Shown here: piece by piece, positions 9,649-18,087 of the stretch
Layout: each line of letters starts with the position of its first letter
How positions within the stretch are numbered: the first letter of the stretch is position 1
From: Chloroflexota bacterium
GTDB taxonomy: Bacteria > Chloroflexota > Limnocylindria > Limnocylindrales > CSP1-4
DNA length: 64,000 nt
Direction: 5' to 3'
Assembly: GCA_030447745.1 (NCBI GenBank)
Contig: JAUJOH010000003.1
Location: forward strand, 38,727-102,726
The notes under the pieces: model-generated
The model's input: only the letters and a program-made list of their open reading frames with translations
Database searches by the model: none
Told to the model about the DNA's origin: nothing
Made by a program: the position numbers and the translations under genes

Positions 9649-10464
9649 ATGGATGCCGTGGACGATGTGCGAGTCGGCCGCCTGATCCGAGCGTGCCGGC
9701 AGCGTCTCGGGTGGCGGCAGGCGGACGTGGCCGTTCGGGCCGGCGTCAGCCCGCAGGAGATCTCGCTGCTCGAACGAGGTCACCTCGACGCGGTGCCGCT
9801 GCGGACGCTCCGCGCGGTGTTGCGAGCGCTGGATGCCTCGGTCGAGCTCGACGTCCGATGGCGCGGCGGCGCGATCGACCGGCTGCTCGATGAACGCCAC
9901 GCCGGGCTCGTCGCGAGCACCGTTGAGGCGCTTGCGGCCGACGGCTGGTCGACGCGCGTCGAGGCGAGCTACTCGGTCTACGGGGAGCGCGGGTCGATCG
10001 ACGTGCTCGGCTGGCACGCGGGCTGGGCGGCGTTGGTGGTGGCCGAGATAAAGTCGCAGCTCACCTCGGCCGAGGAGACCCAGCGCAAGCATGACCAGAA
10101 GGTCCGGCTGGCGCCGCGGGTTGCGCGCGAGCGAGAGGGGTGGGAGGCGCGGATCGTCGGCCGGCTGCTGGTGATGCCCGAAGGCTCGACGTCGCGGCGG
10201 CGGCTGGTCCGAGCGCGGCCGCTCCTGGCGCCGACGTACCCGCTCCTGCAGCGCGAGGTCCGTGCCTGGCTCCGGCGGCCGGCCGTGGCGATGGGCGGCC
10301 TGCTGCTCTTGCCGGATACCAGCCCCCGTGGTGCAAGACAGCGAGTTGTCAGGCGAGGGGCGGCTGGCCCGGCGGACGCCCCCGAACGGCTTCCTCGTCA
10401 CCTACCAGCCCGGCGGGTAGCTGACCGGACCGATCTGGCTCCCACTACGGGGGCTGGTAGCTGA
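9649..10464 (+). CDS. XRE-type HTH fused to a PD-(D/E)xK nuclease-fold domain
   Basis: The N-terminal HTH is RLGWRQADVAVRAGVSPQEISLLERG. The downstream segment GSIDVLGW..ALVVAEIKS fits the D...ExK motif. The last ~65 codons (from ~10270) are encoded by repeat copy B', so the native 3' end is uncertain. Confidence 0.65.
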   Translation: MDAVDDVRVGRLIRACRQRLGWRQADVAVRAGVSPQEISLLERGHLDAVPLRTLRAVLRALDASVELDVRWRGGAIDRLLDERHAGLVASTVEALAADGWSTRVEASYSVYGERGSIDVLGWHAGWAALVVAEIKSQLTSAEETQRKHDQKVRLAPRVAREREGWEARIVGRLLVMPEGSTSRRRLVRARPLLAPTYPLLQREVRAWLRRPAVAMGGLLLLPDTSPRGARQRVVRRGAAGPADAPERLPRHLPARRVADRTDLAPTTGAGS

Positions 10465-10545
10465 CCGGAATCTCGTCCTCAAGCCGGTTAGCACCATCCC
10501 CGCTGGTATGTGGCGGGCCGGCGGCTGTGGCGGCGGCTGTGGGCG
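10270..10545 (-). repeat. composite multi-hairpin repeat, copy B' (inverted, near-identical to 44.3-kb copy)
   Basis: The reverse complement aligns to 44300-44567. By eye there are only 3 substitutions and 3 short indels across ~250 nt. Confidence 0.9.
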
Positions 10546-10596
10546 GCGGCGGCTGCGGGGGCGGGTGTGGGCGGCGGCTGCGGGCGGCGCGGGTGG
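10518..10596. repeat. imperfect GC-rich tandem repeat (unit approx CGGCGGCTGYGGG, 5-6 units)
   Basis: Read directly: ccggcggctgtgg cggcggctgtggg cggcggcggctgcggg ggcgggtgtggg cggcggctgcggg. It abuts repeat copy B'. Confidence 0.7.
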
Positions 10597-10637
10597 CGAT
10601 TGGCCCGCATCCGGCCCCACGCCGGCACGATCCCGAC

Positions 10638-11400
10638 TCAGGACACCGCGTGCGCCGCCTCGTAGCGCTCGAACAGCCGCGCGAGCAGCGCCTCGAGATC
10701 CGCCGCCATGGCATCGTCGAGCGTCGGAAAGTTGAACGGCCTTGCCGGTCCGGCTCAGCAGCTCGGGCGACGCTCCTCGAGCGCTTCGGGATACGTGTCG
10801 GCCACGAGCAGGAAGAGACTGACATTGCGCGACGCCGCCTTGACCGCCGCAAAGTAGTCGTGCGCCTTGGCCCCGGGCCACGCGAGGGGACGGCACCCCC
10901 GAGGGACGGCATCCCGTATCGTCGAGTCCACCAACCCGCGCCGCCGGTGTGGCTCGAGCAGCCCCCAGATGCGGGCTTCGACGGCCGCCAGGTCCCGCGC
11001 CCGCGAGTCAGCCCCGGGCACGCCGGTGCGCCATCCCATGCTCGATCCGCTTGGCAGCGCCCACGCCTGGCTCCCGGCCGTCCGCTCGTAGCCCGTTCGC
11101 GTCAGCTGCTCGAGCTCGGCCAGGAGCGCGTGGTCGACGCCGGTGAAGTTGAAGCACGACTTGCCCTGCATGCGCCGGCTTCCGGGGACACGCCGTCGAG
11201 GATCGACGGTTCCACGTAGACGGGCATCAGGTAGTAGCTCACGTACCGCTTCCCGCCGGTCGGCGCCAAACCAAGTGGTCGGGTTGGGCGCAGGTTCGCG
11301 CGCCATGTCAACGGACAACACGGTCGGAGCGTCGGCCGAGACGTGCATCCGGCGGCCGTACGGCTCGAGGATCGCCCTGAGGCGCGCGGCGCCGCGAAGT
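10638..11400 (-). pseudogene. degraded DUF1801/YdhG-like gene(s), two tandem domains
   Basis: Family-like segments sit in different frames: AARLRAILEPYG..TTWFGA (frame A), GGKRYVSYYLMPVYVEPSILDGVSPEAG (frame B), GKSCFNFTGVDHALLAELEQL (frame A). A second domain (..HDYFAAVKAASRNVSLFL..) is interrupted by an in-frame TGA at 10755-10757. It then continues ARPFNFPTLDDAMAADLEALL to the TGA at 10638. Confidence 0.55.
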
Positions 11401-11402
11401 CA

Positions 11403-12371
11403 TCAGTCCGGATCCCGTCGACGATCTTCTCCGGGTTGATCATGAACCAGTCCTCGAGGACGTGGTTGTAGCACTCCCGGCACGTCGGGGCCGGCCATGC
11501 GGGTCACCGGGCCGTCGAGGTAGTCAAACGCCTCCTCGGCCACGATCGCCGCAACCTCCGCCCCGTAGCCGCCGAACCGGTTGTCCTCGTACACCACCAG
11601 GCACTTGCCCGTCTTGCGCACCGAGTCGAGCACGCTCTCCTTGTCCAGCGGCCGGAGCGTCCGGAGGTCGATCACCTCGGCGCTGATCCCGTCGTCGGCC
11701 ACCCGCTCGGCGGCCTCCAGCGCGTAGTGCGCCATCAAGCCGTAGCCGATCACCGTGAGCTGCGTCCCGGCCCGCGTGACGGCGGCGCGTCCCAGCGGCA
11801 CGGCGTACTCGCCGTCCGGCACCTCTCCGCGCACGGATCGGTACATCTTCTTGTGCTCGAAGAACAGGACCGGGTCGTCGTCGCGGATCGATGACCGGAG
11901 CAGGCCCTTCGCGTCGTACGGGGTGGACGGGATGACCACCTTGAGACCGGGTACGTGCGTGAAGAACGCCTCGACGGACTGGGAGTGGTAGAGCGCGCCG
12001 TGGACGCCGCCGCCGTACGGGGCGCGGACGACCATCGGGCACGAGTAGCCGTTGTTCGACCGGTAGCGCAGGCGTGCCGCCTCCGACACCAGCTGGTTGA
12101 ACGCCGGGTGGATGAAGTCCGCGAACTGGATCTCCGCGACCGGCCGCAGCCCGTTGATCGCGGCGCCGATGGACGTGCCGATGATCTGCGACTCGGTCAA
12201 CGGCGTGTCGATGACGCGGTCGTCCCCGAACTCCGCCCACAGCCCGTCCGTGGCCAGGAAGACGCCGCCCTTCTTCCCGACGTCCTCGCCGAGGACGATG
12301 ATCGAGCCGTCGTGGCGCATCTCGTCGGCCATCCCCTCGCGGATGGCCTCGATGAACGTCTTCGCCGGCAT
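11403..12371 (-). CDS. 2-oxoacid dehydrogenase E1 beta subunit, with apparent frameshift in the last ~25 codons
   Basis: MPAKTFIEAIREGMADEM.. is typical E1beta. After ..MAGPDVPG (~11472) the annotated frame gives VLQPRPRGLVHDQ.. The +1 frame instead reads the expected conserved tail YNHVLEDWFMINPEKIVDGIR. Confidence 0.85.
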   Translation of the reverse strand: MPAKTFIEAIREGMADEMRHDGSIIVLGEDVGKKGGVFLATDGLWAEFGDDRVIDTPLTESQIIGTSIGAAINGLRPVAEIQFADFIHPAFNQLVSEAARLRYRSNNGYSCPMVVRAPYGGGVHGALYHSQSVEAFFTHVPGLKVVIPSTPYDAKGLLRSSIRDDDPVLFFEHKKMYRSVRGEVPDGEYAVPLGRAAVTRAGTQLTVIGYGLMAHYALEAAERVADDGISAEVIDLRTLRPLDKESVLDSVRKTGKCLVVYEDNRFGGYGAEVAAIVAEEAFDYLDGPVTRMAGPDVPGVLQPRPRGLVHDQPGEDRRRDPD

Positions 12372-13447
12372 CAGTGCTCCTCCGCGTGCCCGCCGGCCGT
12401 GCCGAAGCCCCACGGCGGCGGCGCCTCAGAGGGCCACTCCTCCGCGTAGACCCAGCGCATCGCCGTCGACGGGTCGGGGTCCGGCTGGGACTCCGCGTAC
12501 TGGGTCGCGTCGTCGACGACCGCCTTGATGTCCGCCCCCAGGCGCTGCTCCACGTGGTCGGTCAGGATCCCGGCGTCGACGAGCTGCGCCCGGAACCTGG
12601 GAAGCGGATCGCGCGCCTTCTCGGACGCGAGCTCCTCCTCCGACCGGTACTTGGTCTGCTGGTCGTCGGACGAATGGGCGGTCAGCCGCGTCACCTTGGC
12701 CTCGATCAGGGTCGGCCCGCCGCCGGACCTGGCTCGATCGACCGCCTCGGTCGCCACCCGGTAGCACTCGAGCACGTCAGAGCCGTCGACGACGAGGCCC
12801 GGCATGCCGTAGCCGCCGGCGCGCGACGCCACGTCCTCGACCGCCAGCTCCTTGGCCGACGGCACGCTGATGGCATAGCCGTTGTTCTCGACCACGAACA
12901 CGAACGGCAGCTTGTGGATCGCCGCGAAGTTCAGGCCCTCGTGGACGTCGCCCTGGTTCGACGACCCCTCGCCCATGAACGTCATCGCGACCTGGTCCGT
13001 GCCGCGCACCTTGGCGGCCAGCGCAATCCCGATGGCGTGCAGCAGCTGAGTCGCGACGGGCGACGACACGGAGACGAGGTTGTGCTCGCGGGATCCGTAG
13101 TGGCCGGGCATCTGCCGCCCTCCGGACGACGGGTCGTTGGCCGTGGCGTACTGGGCGGTGAGGATGTCGCGCGGGCTCATGCCGAAGGTCAGACAGGTCG
13201 CGATCGAGCGGTAGAACGGCGCCACCCAGTCGTGCTGCTTGCGGAGCGGCCAGGTGATCGCGACCTGGGCGCCCTCGTGCCCCTGGCCGCTGATCACGAA
13301 CGGGATCCGGCCGGCCCGGTTCAGCACCCACATCCGCTCGTCGAGTGCGCGCGTGAGCGCGACCAGCCGGTACATCTCGATCAGCTGCTCGTCGCTCAGG
13401 CCGACGGCCTCACCGAGGTGGCTGGCGCTCCGATCGCTGACGGCCAT
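12371..13447 (-). CDS. 2-oxoacid dehydrogenase E1 alpha subunit (TPP-dependent)
   Basis: The TPP motif region is ..GEGSSNQGDVHEGLNFAA..VVENNGYAIS. The stop overlaps the E1beta start (TGATG). Confidence 0.9.
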   Translation of the reverse strand: MAVSDRSASHLGEAVGLSDEQLIEMYRLVALTRALDERMWVLNRAGRIPFVISGQGHEGAQVAITWPLRKQHDWVAPFYRSIATCLTFGMSPRDILTAQYATANDPSSGGRQMPGHYGSREHNLVSVSSPVATQLLHAIGIALAAKVRGTDQVAMTFMGEGSSNQGDVHEGLNFAAIHKLPFVFVVENNGYAISVPSAKELAVEDVASRAGGYGMPGLVVDGSDVLECYRVATEAVDRARSGGGPTLIEAKVTRLTAHSSDDQQTKYRSEEELASEKARDPLPRFRAQLVDAGILTDHVEQRLGADIKAVVDDATQYAESQPDPDPSTAMRWVYAEEWPSEAPPPWGFGTAGGHAEEH

Positions 13448-13477
13448 CGCTCGGTGACTCCTGCTGGCTCGATCTGG

Positions 13478-14920
13478 CTAGAAGTTGATCGACCGGCCGT
13501 CGACGGCCATCGCAGCCTCACCGAGCACCTCGGCGAGCGTCGGATGGGGGTGCGTCGCGGCACCGATCTCCCATGGCGCGGCCTCCAGCGTGAAGGCGAG
13601 GGACGCCTCGGCCACGAGGTCGGTGGCGTGGGGGCCGATGAGGTGGATGCCGAGGGTCCGGTCGGTCTCCCGGTGGCCGATGATCTTGGCGAAGCCCTCG
13701 TAGTCGCCGCCGATGATGGCCTTGGCGATCGCCTGGAAGGGCACCTTGCCGACCTTGTACGGCAGGCCCTGGTCCTTGCACTGCTGCTCGGTCAGCCCGA
13801 CCGACGCGATCTCGGGACGGCAGTAGGTCGCACGCGGCTGCTCGACGTAGTCGATCTCGTGGACGTCCTTCTCGCCGGCGATCGTGTGCGCCGCGACGAT
13901 CCCCTCGTGGGCGGCGGTGTGGGCGAGCCACAGACCGCCGATGATGTCGCCGATCGCGTAGACGTGGGGCTCCTTGGTACGCATCCGGCCGTTGACCTTG
14001 ACGATCCCGCGGTCCGTCTCGACCTTCGTGGTCTCGAGCCCGATCTCCTCGAGGTTCGCGGCCCGACCGGTGGCGACGAGCATCATCTCCGCTCGCAGCT
14101 CCTGCCCGTCCTTGCCCTCCGGCCCGACCATCATGCACACGCCGCCCTTCTCGACGGCCACGGCCGCCGGATCGAACCGGGCGTTGGTCATGACCGTGAT
14201 GCCGCGCCGGGTGAAGCTCCGCTCGAGCGCCTGGCTGACGTCGCGATCCTCGAGCGGGACGATCGACGGCGCGTACTCGAGGAGCGTCACCTTCACGCCG
14301 ACGTCGTGGAACATCGAGGCGAACTCGACGCCGACGGCCCCGGCGCCGACGATGACGATGTCCTTCGGCAGCTCGGTCATCCGGACGACGTCGTCGCTGG
14401 TGACGATCCGGGTCCCGTCGGGCACGAGGCCCGGCAGCGACTTGACCCGGGACCCGGTGGCCAGGATCACATCGGTCGCCTGGAGTACGCGCTCGCCGCC
14501 GACGCCCGGCGTGCCGTCTTCGGCGGGCTGCTGGACGCGCACCCGTTGCGGCCCGTCGAGCCGGCCCCGACCCGCGACCCAGGTCACCTTGTTCTTGTCG
14601 ACGAGCGTCTTGAGCCCCGTCCACATCCGCTTGACGACCTGGTCGCGCCGGGCGGCCATCTGGGCGTAGTCGATCCCCGGCTCGCCCGGCAGCGTCAGCC
14701 CGTACTCGTTGGCGTGGCGGACGCGGTCGACGAAGCCGGCCGACTCGAGCAGCGCCTTGGTCGGGATGCAGCCGCGATGCAGGCAGGTCCCGCCGATCTT
14801 GTCCTCGTCGACCAGGGCGACCTTGAGACCGAGCTGCGCGGCGCGGAACGCCGCCGTGTAGCCACCGGTGCCGGCGCCGAGCACGACGAGATCGAAGTCG
14901 TTCGAGGAGCCGACGGCCAT
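13478..14920 (-). CDS. lpdA: dihydrolipoyl dehydrogenase (E3)
   Basis: The FAD motif is DLVVLGAGTGGY and the redox disulfide is GGTCLHRGCIPTK. The C-terminal HAHPT-like motif reads ATHPHPTLAE. Confidence 0.95.
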   Translation of the reverse strand: MAVGSSNDFDLVVLGAGTGGYTAAFRAAQLGLKVALVDEDKIGGTCLHRGCIPTKALLESAGFVDRVRHANEYGLTLPGEPGIDYAQMAARRDQVVKRMWTGLKTLVDKNKVTWVAGRGRLDGPQRVRVQQPAEDGTPGVGGERVLQATDVILATGSRVKSLPGLVPDGTRIVTSDDVVRMTELPKDIVIVGAGAVGVEFASMFHDVGVKVTLLEYAPSIVPLEDRDVSQALERSFTRRGITVMTNARFDPAAVAVEKGGVCMMVGPEGKDGQELRAEMMLVATGRAANLEEIGLETTKVETDRGIVKVNGRMRTKEPHVYAIGDIIGGLWLAHTAAHEGIVAAHTIAGEKDVHEIDYVEQPRATYCRPEIASVGLTEQQCKDQGLPYKVGKVPFQAIAKAIIGGDYEGFAKIIGHRETDRTLGIHLIGPHATDLVAEASLAFTLEAAPWEIGAATHPHPTLAEVLGEAAMAVDGRSINF

Positions 14921-15138
14921 CGTTGGGAAGCCTCAGGGAGCCGCGGATCGGGCGCCGACCGGGACGTCCAGAGCCCGGTCCGGCGGGTGGGTCATCGCGG
15001 GCATCGTACGGTGGGGTCGCCGTGCCCGCAACCGACTGCGAGGCGGCGCTGTGCCACTGGCGACCGACCCAGCTGTGTCATGCCAGGCCGTCACTCCGTT
15101 CGTGACGCGACCGGCACGGGTGCTAGATTGCCGGGTCA

Positions 15139-15789
15139 GTGGACGGTCTGGCGCTCGCCATCGCACTCATCCTGGCCGCGTACCTGGCGGGCTCGATCCC
15201 GATGGGCGTCCTCGTGTCCCGGGCGGCCGGCGGTCCGGACCTCCGGACGGTGGGCTCGGGACGGACGGGCGGCACGAACGCCCTCCGGGTGCTGGGCCGG
15301 AAGTGGGCCCTCGTCGTCGTAATCGGCGACGTGCTCAAGGGGGCGCTTCCGGTGCTGGTTGCTCGACTCGCCGGTGCTGGACCCGCCGTGGAGGTGCTGT
15401 GCGCGCTGGCCGCGGTGCTCGGCGCGTCCTGGTCGATCTTCCTCCGCTTCCACGGCGGGCGCGGCGTGGGCACCGGTGTCGGGACGATGCTCGTCATCCA
15501 GCCCCTAGCGGTCGCGCTGGCGATGCCCGTCTTCGTCGGCGTCATCCTCGCCACGCAGTACGTCTCGCTGGGCTCGCTGGTAGGGTCGGTCGCCATGGCG
15601 AGCTGGGCGTGGCTGTCGTGGATGGCCGCGAACGGCTCGATCTCCGTCGCCTACCCCCTCTACACCGCCGGCGGCGCCGCGCTCGTCTGGCTGGCCCACG
15701 CCGACAACATCGACCGGCTGATCCACGGCACGGAGCGGAAGCTGGACCTCTCCCTGCTGGGCGGGCGACGCGGCGGCGGGCCCGTTTGA
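15139..15789 (+). CDS. plsY: glycerol-3-phosphate acyltransferase PlsY
   Basis: GTG start. The polytopic membrane protein carries PlsY motifs (GSIPMG, GSGRTGGTNALR, FHGGRGVGT). Confidence 0.9.
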   Translation: MDGLALAIALILAAYLAGSIPMGVLVSRAAGGPDLRTVGSGRTGGTNALRVLGRKWALVVVIGDVLKGALPVLVARLAGAGPAVEVLCALAAVLGASWSIFLRFHGGRGVGTGVGTMLVIQPLAVALAMPVFVGVILATQYVSLGSLVGSVAMASWAWLSWMAANGSISVAYPLYTAGGAALVWLAHADNIDRLIHGTERKLDLSLLGGRRGGGPV

Positions 15790-15816
15790 GCGGGCGTCTC
15801 CCGCCGTGACGCTCCT

Positions 15817-16752
15817 TCAACACCTCGACTTGCGCGCGGGACGATCACGCCGATAGCTGACGGGACCGCGCCGGCGCTGCCACCCGACGCGCAGGAGCAC
15901 GGTTGCCCACATCCGGTACGGCCGCCAGCCGTCGCTGATCTCGAGCCACGTCGCGTCGTCGACGTGTCCCAGGTCGTACAGCTCGGCGACGGCCTCGCGG
16001 CTGATCTCGTCGTTGGCCGGGATCTCGTCGGCGACGCCGCATCCGCGCAGGAGAACCGCCTCGGCCGTCCACTCGCCCACGCCCGGCAGCGCGCGCAGCT
16101 CCCGGAGCGCCTGCGCGAAGGGAAGCGCACGGAGCCGTTCGGTGTCGAGGCGACCGTCGATGGCGGCCTCGGCCAGGCCGTGCAGCCAGCGGACCTTCTC
16201 GGCCGCGAGGCCCCGCACTTCGTGGAGCTCGAGGCACCCGTCGGGGCGCGGGAAGGCCGGGAACTCGACGCCGTCGAGGCGTGGCCGGTCGCCGATCTGG
16301 TCCCGTATCCGCTCCTTGATGAGGGCCAGCTGCCGCCTCGCGATCCGGTGGCCCATCACGAACGAGGTGACCGCCTCGTACGCCGAGTAGAAGCAGACCG
16401 GACGAAGGAAGCGATGCTCGTCCTGGAGCCGCCCGATCACCGGATCCCGGGCGCCGACGCCGGCCCAGCCCGTGCCGTCATGGTCGAGCGAGAGCGAGCG
16501 CATCGCCTGCCGACGGACGGCGTCGAGCAGCTCCTGCGGTGCCTCCGTGCGGCCGCGGATCAGGCCGTCCGCCTCCTGCCGGAGCTCGACGGCCGCACTG
16601 GCCGGCCAACCGGGTGCCTCGACCGGGAACGACATGATCAGGCTCTCGCCGGCCACGGCCCCGCCGCCGATCCCGGGTCCGAACCCGCCCGCGAAGTCGC
16701 GCGCGGCGGTGAGGTCGAACGGCCCCTGCGGCCGGATCTCGAACTCGAGCAC
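15817..16752 (-). CDS. HhH-GPD DNA glycosylase, AlkA (3-methyladenine glycosylase II) family
   Basis: The C-terminal HhH-GPD region is ..LRALPGVGEWTAEAVLLRGCGVADEIPANDE.. The N-terminal AlkA-like domain is also present. Confidence 0.75.
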   Translation of the reverse strand: MLEFEIRPQGPFDLTAARDFAGGFGPGIGGGAVAGESLIMSFPVEAPGWPASAAVELRQEADGLIRGRTEAPQELLDAVRRQAMRSLSLDHDGTGWAGVGARDPVIGRLQDEHRFLRPVCFYSAYEAVTSFVMGHRIARRQLALIKERIRDQIGDRPRLDGVEFPAFPRPDGCLELHEVRGLAAEKVRWLHGLAEAAIDGRLDTERLRALPFAQALRELRALPGVGEWTAEAVLLRGCGVADEIPANDEISREAVAELYDLGHVDDATWLEISDGWRPYRMWATVLLRVGWQRRRGPVSYRRDRPARKSRC

Positions 16753-17256
16753 GTGTTTGATGGTAGTGGCTTCGAGGGCGCCACTCCGAGAGGAAACCAG
16801 CCGGCGCCTCGCGCGGGTCGCCTCCCGGCCGCAGCCGCAGTTCCCGACCGGTCAAATGGGCGCCTCCAGTTCGGGGCACTGCAATGCCCCCCGACGGGTC
16901 GGACGCGCGCGCCTCCAGAGCGTCGCCCCCCGTGACCCGCGGAACGCCCGACCGCACGGGTCCGCGCCGCCAACGACGATCTTTGGTGTCATGGTGCGCA
17001 CCGGAACCGCGCCAATGCTCCCTGACGGGCATCTGACAGGAAACGCCCGGCGGCGCGGGGGCCCGGCGGCGCGGGGGGCCCGGCGGCGGCGCGGCCGCGC
17101 GCGGCGGCGAGGCGCCCGGCGGCGAGGCGCACGGCGGTGCCGGCCCCGGGCGGAGACGCCCTGAGAATCGAACGACCCGAAGTCGGCTGACAGCCCGGGT
17201 CGTGGGTCTCTAGCTGGTTTCCCGCAGGCCCATCGTGGGCCCGCACCGAGAGGAGA

Positions 17257-17670
17257 TCAGCCGCGCTGGCTGCGGAAGCAGTCTGAGCAGTACGGGCTTG
17301 CCGCTGGTCGGCCGGAAGGGGACCCGGCCCGCGGCCGCAGGACGAGCAGGTGGCGCTGAACATCTCGCGCGGGCCGCGGTCACGGCCACCGCCGTACCCG
17401 CCGCCACCGCCGCCGGAGCCGTAGCCGCCGCCACCGCCACCGGAGCTGTAGCCACCGGCGCTGTAGCCACCGCCCGCGCCGTAGCCGCCGTAGCCGCCAC
17501 CATTGCCGCCACCGGCGCTGTCACCCCGGGTCGCCTTGCGCTGGCTCGGCACGACGCGCACCGGCGAGGCTCGGTGAAGCCACGCTGCGCGTAGAAGTCC
17601 TGCTCGGACGCAGTGAAGGTGAACTCCGGCGTCCACAGTCCGCGCAGGTAAGGGTCTTGTCGTTGTACAC
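17257..17670 (-). pseudogene. CxxC-x17-CxxC zinc-ribbon / Gly-rich protein gene with four +/-1 frameshifts
   Basis: GTG at 17670 follows GAGAGGAG. Family-like segments read in frames 0/1/2/1/0: VYNDKTLTCADCGR | EFTFTASEQDFYAQRGFTEPRRCASCRAS | RKATRGDSAGGG..GGRDRGPREMFSATCSSCG | RVPFRPTSGKPV | YCSDCFRSQRG*. Total length is divisible by 3. Confidence 0.6.
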
Positions 17671-18087
17671 GGAATCGAAACTCCTCTCGGTAGCCGCGCG
17701 ATCCCTCGTGGTTCTCGCGTCAGCCGTGAGAGGAGTCCGAGTCGTCGACGTGCTACGTCATCTGGTCACGAGCGCTCTCGTGACGTTTGCCGCGGCGGCA
17801 TACGCGCCTTCGCCGACGGTGTACAGCCCCTTGCTGAGCGGCTCCGCGAGCGGCCCGTTTCGCGCCCAACGAAGCGAGTCCCCCACCGCGATGGTCGCCG
17901 CCCGATCCGCCACAGCAGCCACGCCGTGCCGACGAGCAGGACGGCGATCGCGACCGGCGTGTGGAAGACGAACCGCTGCGCCTTGTCGGCAGAACGCTCG
18001 TCAGGACGGCCGCCCGAGCACGACCGCGACGACCGCGGCCGCAAGGAGCAGGACCGCGCCAGGCCGGGCTGCCGGCGCAGGTCGGGG

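Noticed and set aside
10755-10757. The in-frame TGA after Cys (..PSC-TGA-AG..) could encode selenocysteine.
   Set aside because: DUF1801 proteins are not known selenoproteins. I found no convincing SECIS-like hairpin immediately downstream. The same gene region carries frameshifts, so a nonsense lesion is the simpler reading.
12374-15322. Very long plus-strand ORFs in the track: 982 aa here, 1046 aa at 52665..55805, 761 aa at 6981..9266, 513 aa at 3045..4586 and others.
   Set aside because: They run antisense to genes with unambiguous family signatures. Their translations are Arg/Pro/Gly/Ala-rich low-complexity sequence with no motifs. Open frames like these are typical on the opposite strand of high-GC coding DNA.
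17040-17150. GC-only low-complexity stretch with short direct repeats (cccggcggcgcggggg x2, ggcggcgaggcgc x2) between the zinc-ribbon gene and the AlkA-like gene.
   Set aside because: It has no coding potential with a recognisable product and no stable conserved structure or known motif. It is treated as simple-sequence intergenic DNA.
17215-17250. Hairpin GGCCCA-cga-TGGGCC just after the zinc-ribbon gene stop, considered as an intrinsic terminator.
   Set aside because: The stem is short, the loop is only 3 nt and there is no U-tract. The gene it would terminate appears non-functional.
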